Assembly: GCA_963733675.1 (NCBI GenBank)
Contig: CAVTET010000012.1
Location: 256,001-320,000 of the forward strand
DNA: 64,000 nt
Reading direction: 5' to 3'
Source: an uncultured Methanosarcinaceae archaeon
GTDB lineage: Archaea; Halobacteriota; Methanosarcinia; Methanosarcinales; Methanosarcinaceae
Shown: one piece after another, positions 34,582-46,637 of the stretch
Numbering within the stretch: position 1 is the stretch's first letter
How the letters are laid out: each line of letters begins with the position of its first letter
Position numbers and translations under genes: made by a program
Notes under the pieces: generated by a model
The model's database searches: none
Told to the model about the DNA's origin: nothing
Seen by the model: only the letters and a program-made list of their open reading frames with translations

Positions 34582-36690
34582 TCACTGCCGAGCCATGATA
34601 ATACGCATCTCAGCTTCCTGATCTTCTATCAACTGGCCGCTCACGTCCACTGTCACGCTATGGATCTTGCCTGTGAACTCCAAAAAGGGGGGACGATAGT
34701 CTGGTGTGACTGGTGCTCCATGAACTGAGCCACAGGTTACTCCACCAGTTAACCCTAACGTAAGTGGAGTTGTCACTGGTAACATTTAGCTTGGCCGACT
34801 AACGTTCCGTCTATAAAGAGCTTAGCAATTCCAGGTGAACCCTTGCCATTAGCAAAATCTGGCTTACCGGTCACCTCAAACTCAAACCCGAGTTGATGTC
34901 TCCCTTCAGGAACATTCTCATTGAACTCTACATGATATAATGCTCTAGATACGTAATTGTGCACCCAGTGAAGTTTTCCATCTTTGATATAGAATGAATA
35001 ACCGCCATCGATACCGCCATGAGATAGCAAGATTCCTTCCACTCCCCCTGCAGGGATCTCAACATCGGCTATAATACTGTGGGGACGGTTGAGAACTTTG
35101 ACTGCTGAAGCTGCAGGAATTTCCTGAGTTCCGGGATAATAGGTGCAGCTTGTTCTATTTATTGCGATACCTGGCCGTTCATCGGCAATACACAGAACTC
35201 CACGACCATCGATGGGTAGTACATTATATTTTCCGGCCTCTGCATACCACGTGGAGATCATCTCAATTAACTTTGGTCGATTCTCAGCAGCAACGTTCTG
35301 ATTCTCTGCTCAATCCTTCTCAACATGATAAAGCTCCCAGCCTCTTGCGTCTAGCTCAGTCAATGTATCTGCAGAAATAGGTTCGCTGAATGATTTTCCA
35401 GCTTCAGTGAACGAAGGGCCAGGCCATGGGCAGACTGCGCACCAGCCATCATGATACAGTGAGCGGTGTCCCATCATCTCGAAGTACTGAGTGTGGTGCT
35501 TGGTTGGTGCATTGGAATCGTTGAATGTTAGTGCAAAACTTACGCCTTCAATAGGCGAGTGGGTTACACTTTTTATAATCCTTGGCGGTTCAATTCCTAG
35601 GCATTCTAGAACTGTAGGTACCATATCGATAGCATGGGCATACTGAGTGCGAATTTCACCTTTGGCTTTAATTTCTTTGGGTCAATGGACTATAAAGGGA
35701 TCACTGACACCACCACGGTAGGTCTCTCGTTTCCAGCGGCGGAAGGGTGTATTTCCAGCCCAAGTCCAGCCCCATGCATAATGATTATAAGTCTCTGGGC
35801 CCTCAAGTTTATCTAGGGCTGCGAGATTTTCCTCTACAGATTCAGGTACATTATTTAAAAACCTGGACTTGTTAATTGATCCAGTAGGACCACCTTCAGA
35901 GCTTGCTCCGTTATCTGAAATTACCATTATCAACGTATTCTCAAACTCACCAATATCTTTGAGAAATTGCAACAACCGACCAATGTGGTAATCGGTGTGT
36001 TCAAGGAACCCAGCAAAGACTCCCATCATACGGGCATAGAGTATCTTCTCCTCAGGTGTGCATTGGTCCCAGGGTTTGACATCTGGATCATGGCGAGATA
36101 GCTCAGTTTCTTTTGGAACGATACCCAGTCCCTTCTGCCGGCCTAATGTCTTCTCCCGGTAAACGTCCCACCCATCATCGAACTTACCTTTGTATTTATC
36201 TGCCCACTCCTTAGGAACATGATGAGGAGCATGCATTGCTCATGGACAGAAGTACATGAAAAAGGGTTTACTTGGTGCGACTTGTTTGGAATCAGCAATG
36301 AATTGGATAGCCCTGTCCACTATATCCTCATTTAATGTGTAGTCCTCTTCTGAATTTTTGGGAGGGTCTATGGAATGATTGTCGTAGATCAGTTTAGGAT
36401 AATACTGATGTGTATCACCTCCTAAAAAACCGTAGAAGCGCTCGAAACCTCTTCCTAAAGGCCAGCGGTCATAAGATCCGACTGAAGACATCTGTTCTGA
36501 AGGCGTTAGGTGCCATTTGCCAATAGCATAGGTGTTGTAACCGCGTTGCAGAAGCATCTCTGATAAAAAACCGTTCTCAAAAGGTGTATTGCCGTTATAT
36601 CCTGGATAGCCAGTTGATCCTTCAGTGATACATGCCATGTTATTCGAATGGTGATTTTGACCAGTAATTATGCACGAGCGACTAGGAGAG
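34582..36690 (-). pseudogene. Arylsulfatase copy 3, 5'-truncated at an IS6 junction, with internal stops
   Basis: ORFs 36240-36710, 35682-36236, 35310-35624, 34773-35261 and 34582-34785 are collinear with copy 1. Confidence 0.92.
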
Positions 36691-37479
36691 AAAGGAAAAT
36701 GTACTAACATTATAAAACTATACCAAACAATTGATTAATGTATTTGACTTCACCAAGAACAGAGTAATTTAGATCATTTACTTGTCCTTTTTTAATCATA
36801 TTCATAGCTTCAATTCCTTTTAAAGTATTATTAGCAGATAGAAAAGACTGAAATCCTAACATTGGATTAACGATTTGCTTTAGAGATCTATGATCTTGTT
36901 CTATAATGTTATTCAAATACTTGATTTGTTGAATGCCTATGTTTTTAGGTAGTATTTTATCAATTTTTAGTTTATCTATAGCAGGTGGATAAGCTGGATT
37001 CTTATCAACGGTTATTAATCTTGGAATTTGATTATGATTAGAACTTAAAGCTTTCTTAAAGAATCTCTTCGCTGCCTTTCTATCTCGTTTTGAACTTAAC
37101 ATGAAATCAATTGTATCTCCATTTGAGTCAACTGCTCGGTAAAAATATTTCCATTTACCTTTTACTTTGATATAGGTTTCATCAACTCTCCACGAATCAT
37201 TTGTTGGTCTTAAATGTCTTCTTATCCTCTTTTCTAGTTCAGGGGAATATTGATGCACCCATCTCATTATAGTACTGTGATCAACTTGAATTCCTCTTTC
37301 TATCATCATTTCCTTTAAATTTCTATAACTTAGTGCATATTTTAAGTACCATCTTACATTCAATAAGATAATTTCCCCTTCATAAAGCTTCCATTTAAAG
37401 GAATTAGATAGCATGTTACTATCTTTGGTTTTCTTTTTATTCTATTGTATCATTAGAAAGGATTTTTTGCAACGGAACC
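36691..37479 (-). mobile_element. IS6-family element, copy 3, lacking its right inverted repeat
   Basis: IR at 37463-37479; IS sequence stops about 20 nt after the transposase stop. Confidence 0.92.
36710..37414 (-). CDS. IS6 DDE transposase, full length
   Basis: 234-aa intact ORF; VDETY, VDKNPAY and IEQDHR motifs. Confidence 0.93.
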   Translation of the reverse strand: MLSNSFKWKLYEGEIILLNVRWYLKYALSYRNLKEMMIERGIQVDHSTIMRWVHQYSPELEKRIRRHLRPTNDSWRVDETYIKVKGKWKYFYRAVDSNGDTIDFMLSSKRDRKAAKRFFKKALSSNHNQIPRLITVDKNPAYPPAIDKLKIDKILPKNIGIQQIKYLNNIIEQDHRSLKQIVNPMLGFQSFLSANNTLKGIEAMNMIKKGQVNDLNYSVLGEVKYINQLFGIVL

Positions 37480-37706
37480 GAAATAAGAATAAGAATAAAA
37501 GTAAAAAGAGTTAGATTTTTCGTACATTTACATAATTTTTGCTTTGAGACTTAAAAACTTAAAATAAATTTTGCCAAATTGATTTGAACTCAAAATATGA
37601 GCAATTTCCAATATCAATTAGTGAATACTACTAAACTTAGTATGTTAAATCAAGTTTATATTTAGGTACCAACTAAACTATTTAATCAAATTAGGGAGTA
37701 GTTATC

Positions 37707-38096
37707 ATACCAAGAGTAGTCCATTTCGAGATACATGCAGAAAATGTTGAAAGGGCAAAAAAGTTTTACGAAAATGTGTTTGCTTGGACGATAAAGAAAT
37801 TGGAAGGTCCTATTGAATATTGGCACATAACGACAGGTGAACAGGCGCAATTAGGAATAAATGGCGGCTTGATAAAGAGACAGGAAAAAGAATTGGCAGA
37901 AGAAATTATGATAAACAGCTATGTCTGTATAATAGACGTTCCTGACATAAATGAATACCTAAAACAAATACACAAGCATGGTGGCAGACTGCCTATTGAA
38001 AAGAGAGTTATACCCAACATAGGTTGGCTTGCATATTGCTTCGACACAGAAAAAAATTTATTTGGTATATTGCAGCCTGATATGAGCGCTAGATAA
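37707..38096 (+). CDS. VOC/glyoxalase family protein with ATA at the expected start
   Basis: (I)PRVVHFEIHAENVERAKKFYENVFAW...GINGGL...DTEKNLFGILQ; GGGAG RBS upstream of ATA 37707. Confidence 0.8.
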   Translation: MPRVVHFEIHAENVERAKKFYENVFAWTIKKLEGPIEYWHITTGEQAQLGINGGLIKRQEKELAEEIMINSYVCIIDVPDINEYLKQIHKHGGRLPIEKRVIPNIGWLAYCFDTEKNLFGILQPDMSAR

Positions 38097-38269
38097 TCAT
38101 TTCTATATTATTTTTCTGTTGCAATACCGGAATATGTCCATAAGTCACTAATTTAATCTGATAAACAAGAATCTTTTCCATTGTGAGAAAGCGTATATGA
38201 CTTTGTGATGATGCCTTTTCAAGTTCTACGATTTTTGAATTGCTGTTTTTTTCTTTTATCGTTTCATTG

Positions 38270-38300
38270 TTGCATTGTTTTTGTATGAAAACATATACAC
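38270..38300 (+). repeat. Dispersed palindromic site, copy J (degenerate arms)
   Basis: TTGCATTG TTTTTGTATGAAAAC ATATACAC; central 15 bp identical to copy H. Confidence 0.55.
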
Positions 38301-38423
38301 AAGAGTATATACAAAAAGCACGTCAAATTAAAGACAAAGATTGCCTTTAATAGATTATACTCAATTTTTACATATTTTGAGAAAATATTTACATATCTGG
38401 AAATTAAAGAAATTATTTCTTTT

Positions 38424-38663
38424 TTGTGGAAGGGAAGTAAAATGAGAGCTAATTATAATATATTTATGATAGATCAGCTTAAAATATTCAAAGTGATTAT
38501 TCGTTTAGTTACTATTATCATTCTTTATGTATTGCTATTGACACTAATTGTGGGAGTGACAAATATCCTCCTTAATATCAAATCGATTCTATTTGGGATT
38601 CTTGGGGGGGCTTTAGTGAGTCTATTTGGTCTTTTAATTTCCTGTCTCCCATTTTTTAGTTAA
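38424..38663 (+). CDS. Small membrane protein, possibly a PsiE-like fragment
   Basis: Two hydrophobic segments; family assignment tentative. Confidence 0.35.
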   Translation: MWKGSKMRANYNIFMIDQLKIFKVIIRLVTIIILYVLLLTLIVGVTNILLNIKSILFGILGGALVSLFGLLISCLPFFS

Positions 38664-38694
38664 TCATGGATTTTTGTGCCTACATTTTAACTTT

Positions 38695-39948
38695 CTAAAA
38701 AATGGTTTTTAGGAATATTCCTAAGGTTTTCATAAACTTAATAGAATTTGTTGAGAAAAGGAGTTTTCTCATGAGGACAGAAGGATGATCCATGTCTCCA
38801 TATTCAGTGATTATTTTAAGGATAGAAGAGGTGTTTAACGAGCCTATAAGCTCATTTAATTGCTTGTCTTCCAACTTTCCCATATAATCATGAATTTTTA
38901 GACCGATATCAAATTCTTTTCCGAGGTATTTTCGCCATAGTAGATCATATTCGGAAAGCCTCTGTGCAGATGTGTTCCCTTCAAGGGCGGCGTCTGCTGC
39001 AACTTTTCCAGCTATTTTTGCCGCAAAAGCCCCTGTATAGATACCACCAGCTGATATTGGTTTAACCTGCCCTGCTGCATCACCTACTAGCAAAATACCA
39101 TCAGAAACAGTTCTTTTAGGAGGGTCTATTGGGATTCCTCCTACTACAAAATCAAGCATACCTCCTGAGTACCTGGCTTTTACGTGGGAGTTTGATCGAA
39201 GGAATTTTTCAAGATAAGAAAGAGAATAACTTTTTTCATTAATATTTTTGCAAGCAAAGCTCGGTTCAAAGGCGAGCCCAATTCTTGAAATTTTTTCGTC
39301 AATTGGTACTGTCCATGCAAAAAAACCAGGAGCTGAAGAGCCTAAAAACATTTCAACAAAATCAATATTTTTGGATTTATATGGAACTTCTATCTGAATT
39401 CCGGAAAGCATACGAGCAGGTCTCTCAAGTCCTGCATAACTGGCTATACGGCTTTTAACTCCATCAGCTCCTATCACTACTGATGCAGATATTGTTTCAA
39501 GCTTGCCATTTGTGAGTACCACGAGTTTAATTGGAGCCTGACTTATTTTTCGTTCAATTTTATTTTTGGAATACCTTCTCTCAAGCCCTACGGCCCTTGT
39601 CCTCAGGGACAGTACCACACCTTCTTCTACAGCCATTACTGCAAGCTTGCGGTCAAAAATTTTCCTCGAGATCACGTATGCCTTGGTCTGCTTACCATCG
39701 ATTGGAAGGCACTGCCCGTCAGGGGCGTATACAAAAGCCCCACGTACGGAGTTGAATACAAAGTCATCCGACGGCTTGAGTTCGCATTCTGTCACAGCTC
39801 TCTTGCTCAAAAGTCCGGTACAGCTTACAGGAGATCCTATCGAAGGATGCTCTTCAAGAAGGAGGACCTTTGCTCCATTCAAAGCTGCATAGCGAGCAGC
39901 TATAGATCCCACGGGACCGGCTCCAACGACAACAACATCATAATTCAT
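38695..39948 (-). CDS. Geranylgeranyl reductase family FAD oxidoreductase
   Basis: VVGAGPVG, GADG and VGDAAGQVKP.SAGGI motifs. Confidence 0.9.
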   Translation of the reverse strand: MNYDVVVVGAGPVGSIAARYAALNGAKVLLLEEHPSIGSPVSCTGLLSKRAVTECELKPSDDFVFNSVRGAFVYAPDGQCLPIDGKQTKAYVISRKIFDRKLAVMAVEEGVVLSLRTRAVGLERRYSKNKIERKISQAPIKLVVLTNGKLETISASVVIGADGVKSRIASYAGLERPARMLSGIQIEVPYKSKNIDFVEMFLGSSAPGFFAWTVPIDEKISRIGLAFEPSFACKNINEKSYSLSYLEKFLRSNSHVKARYSGGMLDFVVGGIPIDPPKRTVSDGILLVGDAAGQVKPISAGGIYTGAFAAKIAGKVAADAALEGNTSAQRLSEYDLLWRKYLGKEFDIGLKIHDYMGKLEDKQLNELIGSLNTSSILKIITEYGDMDHPSVLMRKLLFSTNSIKFMKTLGIFLKTIF

Positions 39949-40463
39949 GCCTCATAACCCTCGAAAATAAATTCTTGCATTAGCAGGTAGCTTGATATAT
40001 TTTAAGCTCATGATATCAATTAAAATGACAAAAAAATTCCATGAACATATAGATGGAATGATTTTTAAGTGGACCTTCGTTTATTTTAATGATTTTAAAT
40101 AATTTTTGATCCTTTACATCACGTGAAATTTATCGTTAGATTTTTAAATCCAAGAATTTCTTTATAATCTTTTCACGCTTTCATAAACTTCTTTCACACT
40201 AATTAATACTTTCACAATCTTATGATATTGATAAATATATCCAACGAGAGACTGAACGAGAAAACTGAAAGATCTTAATAATTAAAACACTTTTTGCAGA
40301 TGTATACAATAATTCTAACTATTTTCTCAATATGAAAGTAGCTTAAAAATCAATCTAATTTTGAATGAATAATAGTAAGCAAATAGGCAAATAAATTGTA
40401 CAGATATGTACGTCTGTGGAATGTTGGATTAATAATTTTCCCAAATAACAGGCCAGAGTTTAC

Positions 40464-42686
40464 ATGCAGCAGAAAAATGAAAAATTCCAGGATTCGGTAC
40501 AGAATAAACAAAAAAGAAACAAATCAAAAGGAAAAATATATAATAAGCCGGAAAAAAAAGATTTTAATAAAAATGAAAACAGTACTGCAGATAAATTTCG
40601 AGGTTTTAGTGAGAAGGATTCTACCAGAAAGAGCTCTAGCTCTAAAAAAAGTCTGAATTCGAATTTACCAAAAAAACAAAATTTTCAACGTTTCGAGTAT
40701 GAAGATAACTACATTTTCTGGTGTAGAAAATGCAACCTGCCTTTGATTGGGAAAGAGTGCGGAAGATGTGGAAACAATGGAGACATTAGTTTTCTCTCCC
40801 AGCCTGCAGATGTCCGTTTCTGTTCACCTTATGAGCGAGAAATTATCAACAGGCAGCTTTTCTCAACTTTTGGTTGCAATCCTATTGGAGACAGGTTAAT
40901 ACTTCTTAACAAAATATCTGGTGAAGATAAAACGGATGAAGTGCTCGTTGATGGCTTCATTTTTGGAATTCTCCGTTTTGAGATTACCAAAGAGAGCTAC
41001 AGTTTCGAACCTTCCCTTCAGGGAGCAAAAATTCTCCTGATGTACGCTGAAAGCAGGAAAGTTGAACTCAAGAAAAATAACAGACATTTTAATGGGAAAA
41101 AAATTGCAACAGAGCTTGTTGAATCCTTTATGGACACTATAAAGAAAGGGGATTTCGTCCTTGTGACTGCAGGCAACCTGACAGGATATGGAGTTTCTTA
41201 TATTAACGGGGAAGATTTTTCAAAGTTGAAAAATTTGGCTGGAAATGAAGTTCACAATGAATCTAAGTCCTCAATAGAAGCCGACGCAAAAGTTCTCAGG
41301 ATCAGGAAAATTGATAGTAGTAGGGCATCCCTTCATTCAGAAACTCCGGACCTCAGTGCATGCATAGAGGCAAATAAAAAGCATCTGAAGGCTCTTGGCA
41401 AGAACGCAATCAATACAATTCGTGGGATTGTTTCCAGAAACGAAAACATCAGCCTTCCTGTATATGTCTCCTTCAGCGGTGGAAAAGACAGCCTTGTAAG
41501 TATGGATTTGGCCCGAGTTTCCCTCAAGCAGAGGGAACTCAAGGCTTTCTTTCTTAATACCGGAATCGAGTTTCCTGAAACTGTCGAATTTGTTCGAATT
41601 TCTTGCCAGAAGATGGGAATTCCACTTGAAAAAATGAATGCAGGCTCTGCTTTCTGGGACCAGATTGGGAAATTCGGGCCTCCTGCTAAAGATTTCCGAT
41701 GGTGCTGCAAAGTATGTAAACTGGCACCTGCAGGGATCCTGGATGTAGGGAAAGGTATCAGTCCTCTTCCGGATCGAAAAGTAGATAATGGCGTGGCTTA
41801 TCTGACAATCGATGGTAAGAGGAAACACGAATCCTTTTCAAGAGCAAGGGTTATGGCTAGTGAGACAAATCCCTTTGTACCATCCCAGCTCAATATTTTC
41901 CCCATAAGAAACTGGAAAGCGCTTGAAGTTTGGCTCTACATTTACTGGAGAGGACTCTCATACAATCCTCTCTATGATCTTGGTTTCGAAAGGATAGGAT
42001 GCTGGCTTTGCCCGTCTGCCCTTGCTGCCGAATATTCCAGAGTAAAAGAGCTACATCCTGAAATGCATGAGAAATGGAATTCCTACTTGCTCGAGTGGGC
42101 AAAAACCAGAGGACTTTCTGAAAAATTTATAGAATATGGATTCTGGCGCTGGAAGGAGTTGCCTCCGAAAATACGCAGACTAGCAGAAGAGCATGGGATC
42201 TCTACTCTTGTTAAAGAAAATTTCAAAAATTTTGAAATTGAAGTCGTGGGAGGAATTTCTCCCTGCAGGTCTGGAGGTTTCTCCATAGAAGCAGGAATAA
42301 GAGGTATTAGGGAAAAAGAAATTGCAGATTGCATAAATGTACTTGGAAATACAGTTTATGTGGAAGAAATGGGTATTCTGCTTGTCAAAACTAGTATCGG
42401 GACTGTAAAGTTTTTTTCAAGTGGAAATCTGCTTGTAAGCTCTGAAACAAAAGAAAAAGCTATTAGCCTTTTTAAGGACGTCATAAAGCAATTAATAAGA
42501 TTTACTCACTGCACAGGCTGCGGAATTTGTATAAAAGCATGCCCAATAGAGGCAATTTTTCTAAATGAACGAAGATTATATGTAAGTGAAAGGTGCATTA
42601 GATGCGGAAAATGCGCAGAATCCTGCATAGTGACAAAATATTTTGATAAGTTTGTACCTGACATATATCAAAAATTAAAAATCTGA
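40464..42686 (+). CDS. PAPS-reductase-family protein with Zn ribbon and C-terminal 4Fe-4S ferredoxin
   Basis: SFSGGKDS, RWCCKVCK, RIGCWLCP and two CxxCxxCxxxC motifs. Confidence 0.88.
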   Translation: MQQKNEKFQDSVQNKQKRNKSKGKIYNKPEKKDFNKNENSTADKFRGFSEKDSTRKSSSSKKSLNSNLPKKQNFQRFEYEDNYIFWCRKCNLPLIGKECGRCGNNGDISFLSQPADVRFCSPYEREIINRQLFSTFGCNPIGDRLILLNKISGEDKTDEVLVDGFIFGILRFEITKESYSFEPSLQGAKILLMYAESRKVELKKNNRHFNGKKIATELVESFMDTIKKGDFVLVTAGNLTGYGVSYINGEDFSKLKNLAGNEVHNESKSSIEADAKVLRIRKIDSSRASLHSETPDLSACIEANKKHLKALGKNAINTIRGIVSRNENISLPVYVSFSGGKDSLVSMDLARVSLKQRELKAFFLNTGIEFPETVEFVRISCQKMGIPLEKMNAGSAFWDQIGKFGPPAKDFRWCCKVCKLAPAGILDVGKGISPLPDRKVDNGVAYLTIDGKRKHESFSRARVMASETNPFVPSQLNIFPIRNWKALEVWLYIYWRGLSYNPLYDLGFERIGCWLCPSALAAEYSRVKELHPEMHEKWNSYLLEWAKTRGLSEKFIEYGFWRWKELPPKIRRLAEEHGISTLVKENFKNFEIEVVGGISPCRSGGFSIEAGIRGIREKEIADCINVLGNTVYVEEMGILLVKTSIGTVKFFSSGNLLVSSETKEKAISLFKDVIKQLIRFTHCTGCGICIKACPIEAIFLNERRLYVSERCIRCGKCAESCIVTKYFDKFVPDIYQKLKI

Positions 42687-43381
42687 ATTATCAAAGTTTG
42701 AATTTGCTTATTTCTTCAATTTTCGTCCCTACAGTATTCATTGTGGATAAAAATTGTTAAAATACTTAGCTAGATCTCCGGGTTATTAGACGTTTTAATT
42801 CGCTACTTTCAGCTCAGGCATGAAAATGCGGCGATTTTCTTTTTAATTTCTCTTGTTGTTATTTATGGTACTACTGAATTAATCCTAAGGTTCCAGCTTT
42901 GTCTCATGAGTTCTAGTATTTATCCTTACTCTACTCATACTTGCTTTTCTTATAGAAGCTTTTGTTAGAGAATTACAGGTTTTTTGGAGCTCGTATCTTT
43001 CTAAGATCTCTGACTACAGTTTAGAGGTTTTATCAGGAATACATCCATCCTGAACTTTAGAGTCTGACTCGCAATTCTAGAACCTAAGAAACTCTTGTAA
43101 GGCTGAATCAGATAATTAATTTCCAGAAATCAAAAAAATTAACTGAACAATTCAGAAAATTGAGAAAAGCTCTGAGGATAAAATATGATATACCAGTCGA
43201 AAGGGATTACTTTATATTGTTATAGGATGTTAAAATTCTCGTATATCGTTTTTATTTATTTAATCAAGATCTGCTGACAGATGCAGATAGCATACGATTA
43301 TAAAATAATTCAATTCATTCGATTCGGAATCGAGGTTAATTCAAAAGCTTATTCCAGCTTTTCATAGAACACGGTGATAGA

Positions 43382-45289
43382 ATGCAGTTATTGTTAATTC
43401 ATTCTAATTATATAGAATACGAAATCAAAAAACAAACTACAGTTGCTGAAAAAATTGATGAGTCCTTAAAGTCTGGCAGGCTTGAAGAAGCACTTACGGC
43501 TTTTACAGCTGTGGAAAGTATAGATGAAGTAAATCCTCAGGAATCTATAGATAAAGCCGTTTTCGAAATCGAGAAGGTGGCAACCCAGGTTAAAATCAAT
43601 CGCATAATGCTCTATCCTTACGCACACTTAAGTTCTGATCTTTCCTCACCGAAAATCGCCGTGCAGGTATTAAAAGGAATAGAAGCGTCTCTCTCAGGTA
43701 AATATGAGGTAAAGCGTGCTCCTTTTGGATGGTATAAAGCCTTTACTGTAAGCTGTAAAGGGCATCCTCTTTCTGAACTTTCCAGAAGCATTCGGCCTGA
43801 AGGAGTGACAAAGGCAGCAAGTAAAGCTGAAGCAGCCGGGAAAACAGACGAAGTTGTTTCCGAGGCACTGAAAGCTGAAAGTACTGCTAAATCTTACTGG
43901 TATATTCTGACTCCTGATGGAGAACTTCATGAAGTTGAGAGTTTTGACCTGACCCCTTATACTAAACTTCAGCAGTTCGTAAACTATGAAATTTCCAAGA
44001 GCAGAGCTGTTGAGAGGGCTCCTCCACATGTAGAGCTTATGAGGAGGCTTGAACTTGCGGATTATGAGCCAGGGTCAGATTCTGGAAACATGCGCTATTA
44101 CCCAAAAGGAAGGCTTATAAAATCCCTTCTTGAAAATTACGTACTTGATGTAGCAACAGAATTCGGGGCAATGGAAGTTGAAACTCCGCTCATGTACGAC
44201 ATGAACCATCCTACTCTGAAGAAATATCTAGATAGATTCCCTGCAAGGCAGTATTCGATCGAGTCTGATAAACGGCAAATGTTCCTACGTTTTGCAGCCT
44301 GTTTTGGGCAATTTTTGATGAACCATGACATGACTATTTCTTATAAGAATCTGCCTCTGAAGATGATAGAAATGACCCGCTATAGTTTTAGGAAGGAACA
44401 GCGAGGAGAACTTGTGGGTTTGAGAAGACTTCGGGCTTTTACCATGCCTGATATGCACACACTCTGTGAGGATATGCCCCAGGCTGTGGATCAGTTTAAG
44501 AAGCAATATAATTTATGCATCAGTGTGCTTGAAAATATGGGAATTTATGTTAGTGATTATGAGGTTGCCATCCGTTTTACTAAGGACTTTTATGAGTCGA
44601 ATAAAGAGCTTGTAGTCAGCATGGCAAAAACCGTTGACAAGCCCGTGCTGATTGAAATGTGGGATACCCGATTCTTCTATTTCGTACTTAAGTTTGAGTT
44701 TAATTTTGTAGATGCTTTGGCCAAGGCAAGTGCCCTTTCTACTGTTCAAATAGACGTGGAAAACGCTGAAAGGTATGATATTTCTTATGTGAACGCTGAG
44801 GGTAAATTGGTAAATCCGTCAGTTCTTCACTGCTCTCCCAGCGGGGCAATTGAGCGGTGTATTTATGCTCTTCTTGAAAAGGCTGCAATGGAAGCTGATA
44901 AAGGAAAAGTTCCAATGCTCCCCGTCTGGCTTTCTCCAACCCAGGTTCGAGTAGTGCCGATTTCGGAAAAGCACCTACCTTTTGCCGAAGAAGTTTCAAA
45001 AAAGCTTGACTGTAGGGTTGATATTGATGACCGTGACATGTCCATCGGAAAAAAGGTCAGGGAGGCAAGTAGGGAATGGATACCTTATTTAGTGGTAGTT
45101 GGCGATAAAGAAATTGAGGAAGGTACTATTAACGTTACCATTAGGGTCAAATCTAAGCACGATAAACTAAACAAGGTGCAGATAACTCCTGAAAAACTTA
45201 ATGAGTTGGTTAGAGAAGAAATAAATGATAAACCTTATAGGAAACTGCCACTTGCAAAGTATCTTTCTGCAAGGCCAAAGTTCTTCTAA
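43382..45289 (+). CDS. thrS: Threonine--tRNA ligase, archaeal type
   Basis: YPYAHLSS and [11 protein letters not shown] editing domain; [22 protein letters not shown]. Confidence 0.97.
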   Translation: MQLLLIHSNYIEYEIKKQTTVAEKIDESLKSGRLEEALTAFTAVESIDEVNPQESIDKAVFEIEKVATQVKINRIMLYPYAHLSSDLSSPKIAVQVLKGIEASLSGKYEVKRAPFGWYKAFTVSCKGHPLSELSRSIRPEGVTKAASKAEAAGKTDEVVSEALKAESTAKSYWYILTPDGELHEVESFDLTPYTKLQQFVNYEISKSRAVERAPPHVELMRRLELADYEPGSDSGNMRYYPKGRLIKSLLENYVLDVATEFGAMEVETPLMYDMNHPTLKKYLDRFPARQYSIESDKRQMFLRFAACFGQFLMNHDMTISYKNLPLKMIEMTRYSFRKEQRGELVGLRRLRAFTMPDMHTLCEDMPQAVDQFKKQYNLCISVLENMGIYVSDYEVAIRFTKDFYESNKELVVSMAKTVDKPVLIEMWDTRFFYFVLKFEFNFVDALAKASALSTVQIDVENAERYDISYVNAEGKLVNPSVLHCSPSGAIERCIYALLEKAAMEADKGKVPMLPVWLSPTQVRVVPISEKHLPFAEEVSKKLDCRVDIDDRDMSIGKKVREASREWIPYLVVVGDKEIEEGTINVTIRVKSKHDKLNKVQITPEKLNELVREEINDKPYRKLPLAKYLSARPKFF

Positions 45290-46408
45290 ATTTAGTATAC
45301 CGTTATATTAGAGAAAGTTAGTATATATATATCGAAAAACATTTCACATTAACTATACTAGGTTTAATCCACCTTATGTTGTGAAGCTCAATAATAAAAA
45401 GATCAGCTGGATCATTGCTTAAAAGAAGAATGTAGAAAAGACTTCCGATACAGCTGATTTCAGCAGATCTTGAAGGAATATTGCGATGCTTATCAGGAAT
45501 CTCTTATTGGCGCGAATCTCGGTCTGGCAAAAAAAGTTTTTTGATACTTGCTCTTTTTTAAGAATTATTCAGTGACTCATGAACACGACTGAAATAAAAT
45601 TGAATGCAATCTACTTAACTCTAATGTATGGGGTATGTTTTAGGTCATCTGCTAGGTTTCTCCTCAACTTTTGAGTCTGCCTTTAGCAAATATCCTTGAT
45701 CTGAAAGATTAAGACTTTGCTTTTGGATCCTCTGCGATTTCTGAATATAACGTCGTTATTCCAATTGATTATTCTGCAGCAATTTGTGGGGATGGAAATT
45801 TCACCGAAAACCATTATTATTAAGTGGGTTATATTTTTCAGGTATATTTGTGCTATAAAATGGAACTACTTCAAGTAGACTATTATGCGATAAAATAAGA
45901 GATCTCATAGTTTTTTGTATGAATCAGTGTATCAGTTTTTTTTAAGCAACTACATCATCAACTATTTAAATATATCTACTTTGAAATTGGTAAAAGTTAC
46001 TGTTTTGAGTTTGATGGAATCTGTACTGAAGTTAATCTTATTAATTTTTGCGTTGACTCCGAACAAAATATTCTCCTTCAAAATGATGCAGATTAAAAAA
46101 AGGTATTACAGCATGAAAAATTATTTAAAGAATACTAAAACATTAAAGAACAATTATAATTTAGTGAACTGTAGATTGACGGAAGTTACATTGGAAGTGT
46201 GGGTGATGGTATATTTTTCAATGCAACTAAAAACTGTGTTGAAAACCAGGGGAATTCGGTAGAAAATTAATCTCATGAGCAAATGAAAATATTTGACTTT
46301 GAATAATTACTTATATCCACAGCGATGAAGCGAATATATAGTTGCTTGCAGTGATGTTTGCTTGCGCCAAAGCAACTTGAATTTTTTCTTCTAGCTATAT
46401 ACACTATC

Positions 46409-46442
<34 letters not shown>

Positions 46443-46637
46443 ATATTGTTATGGAGTTAGCTGGAAATGTTAAAGCCAATTAAATCATTCAAAAATCTTA
46501 TGTATTAAGTTATATTTTGATGACATTTTTGAAAATCAGGTTCTAAACATAAAATTTTGCATTATTTATTATGTCGTTTATATATGCTCTCAAAAAGAGT
46601 CGCAAAAAATATTAAAGAGCAGTGCATTTTGGACTTG

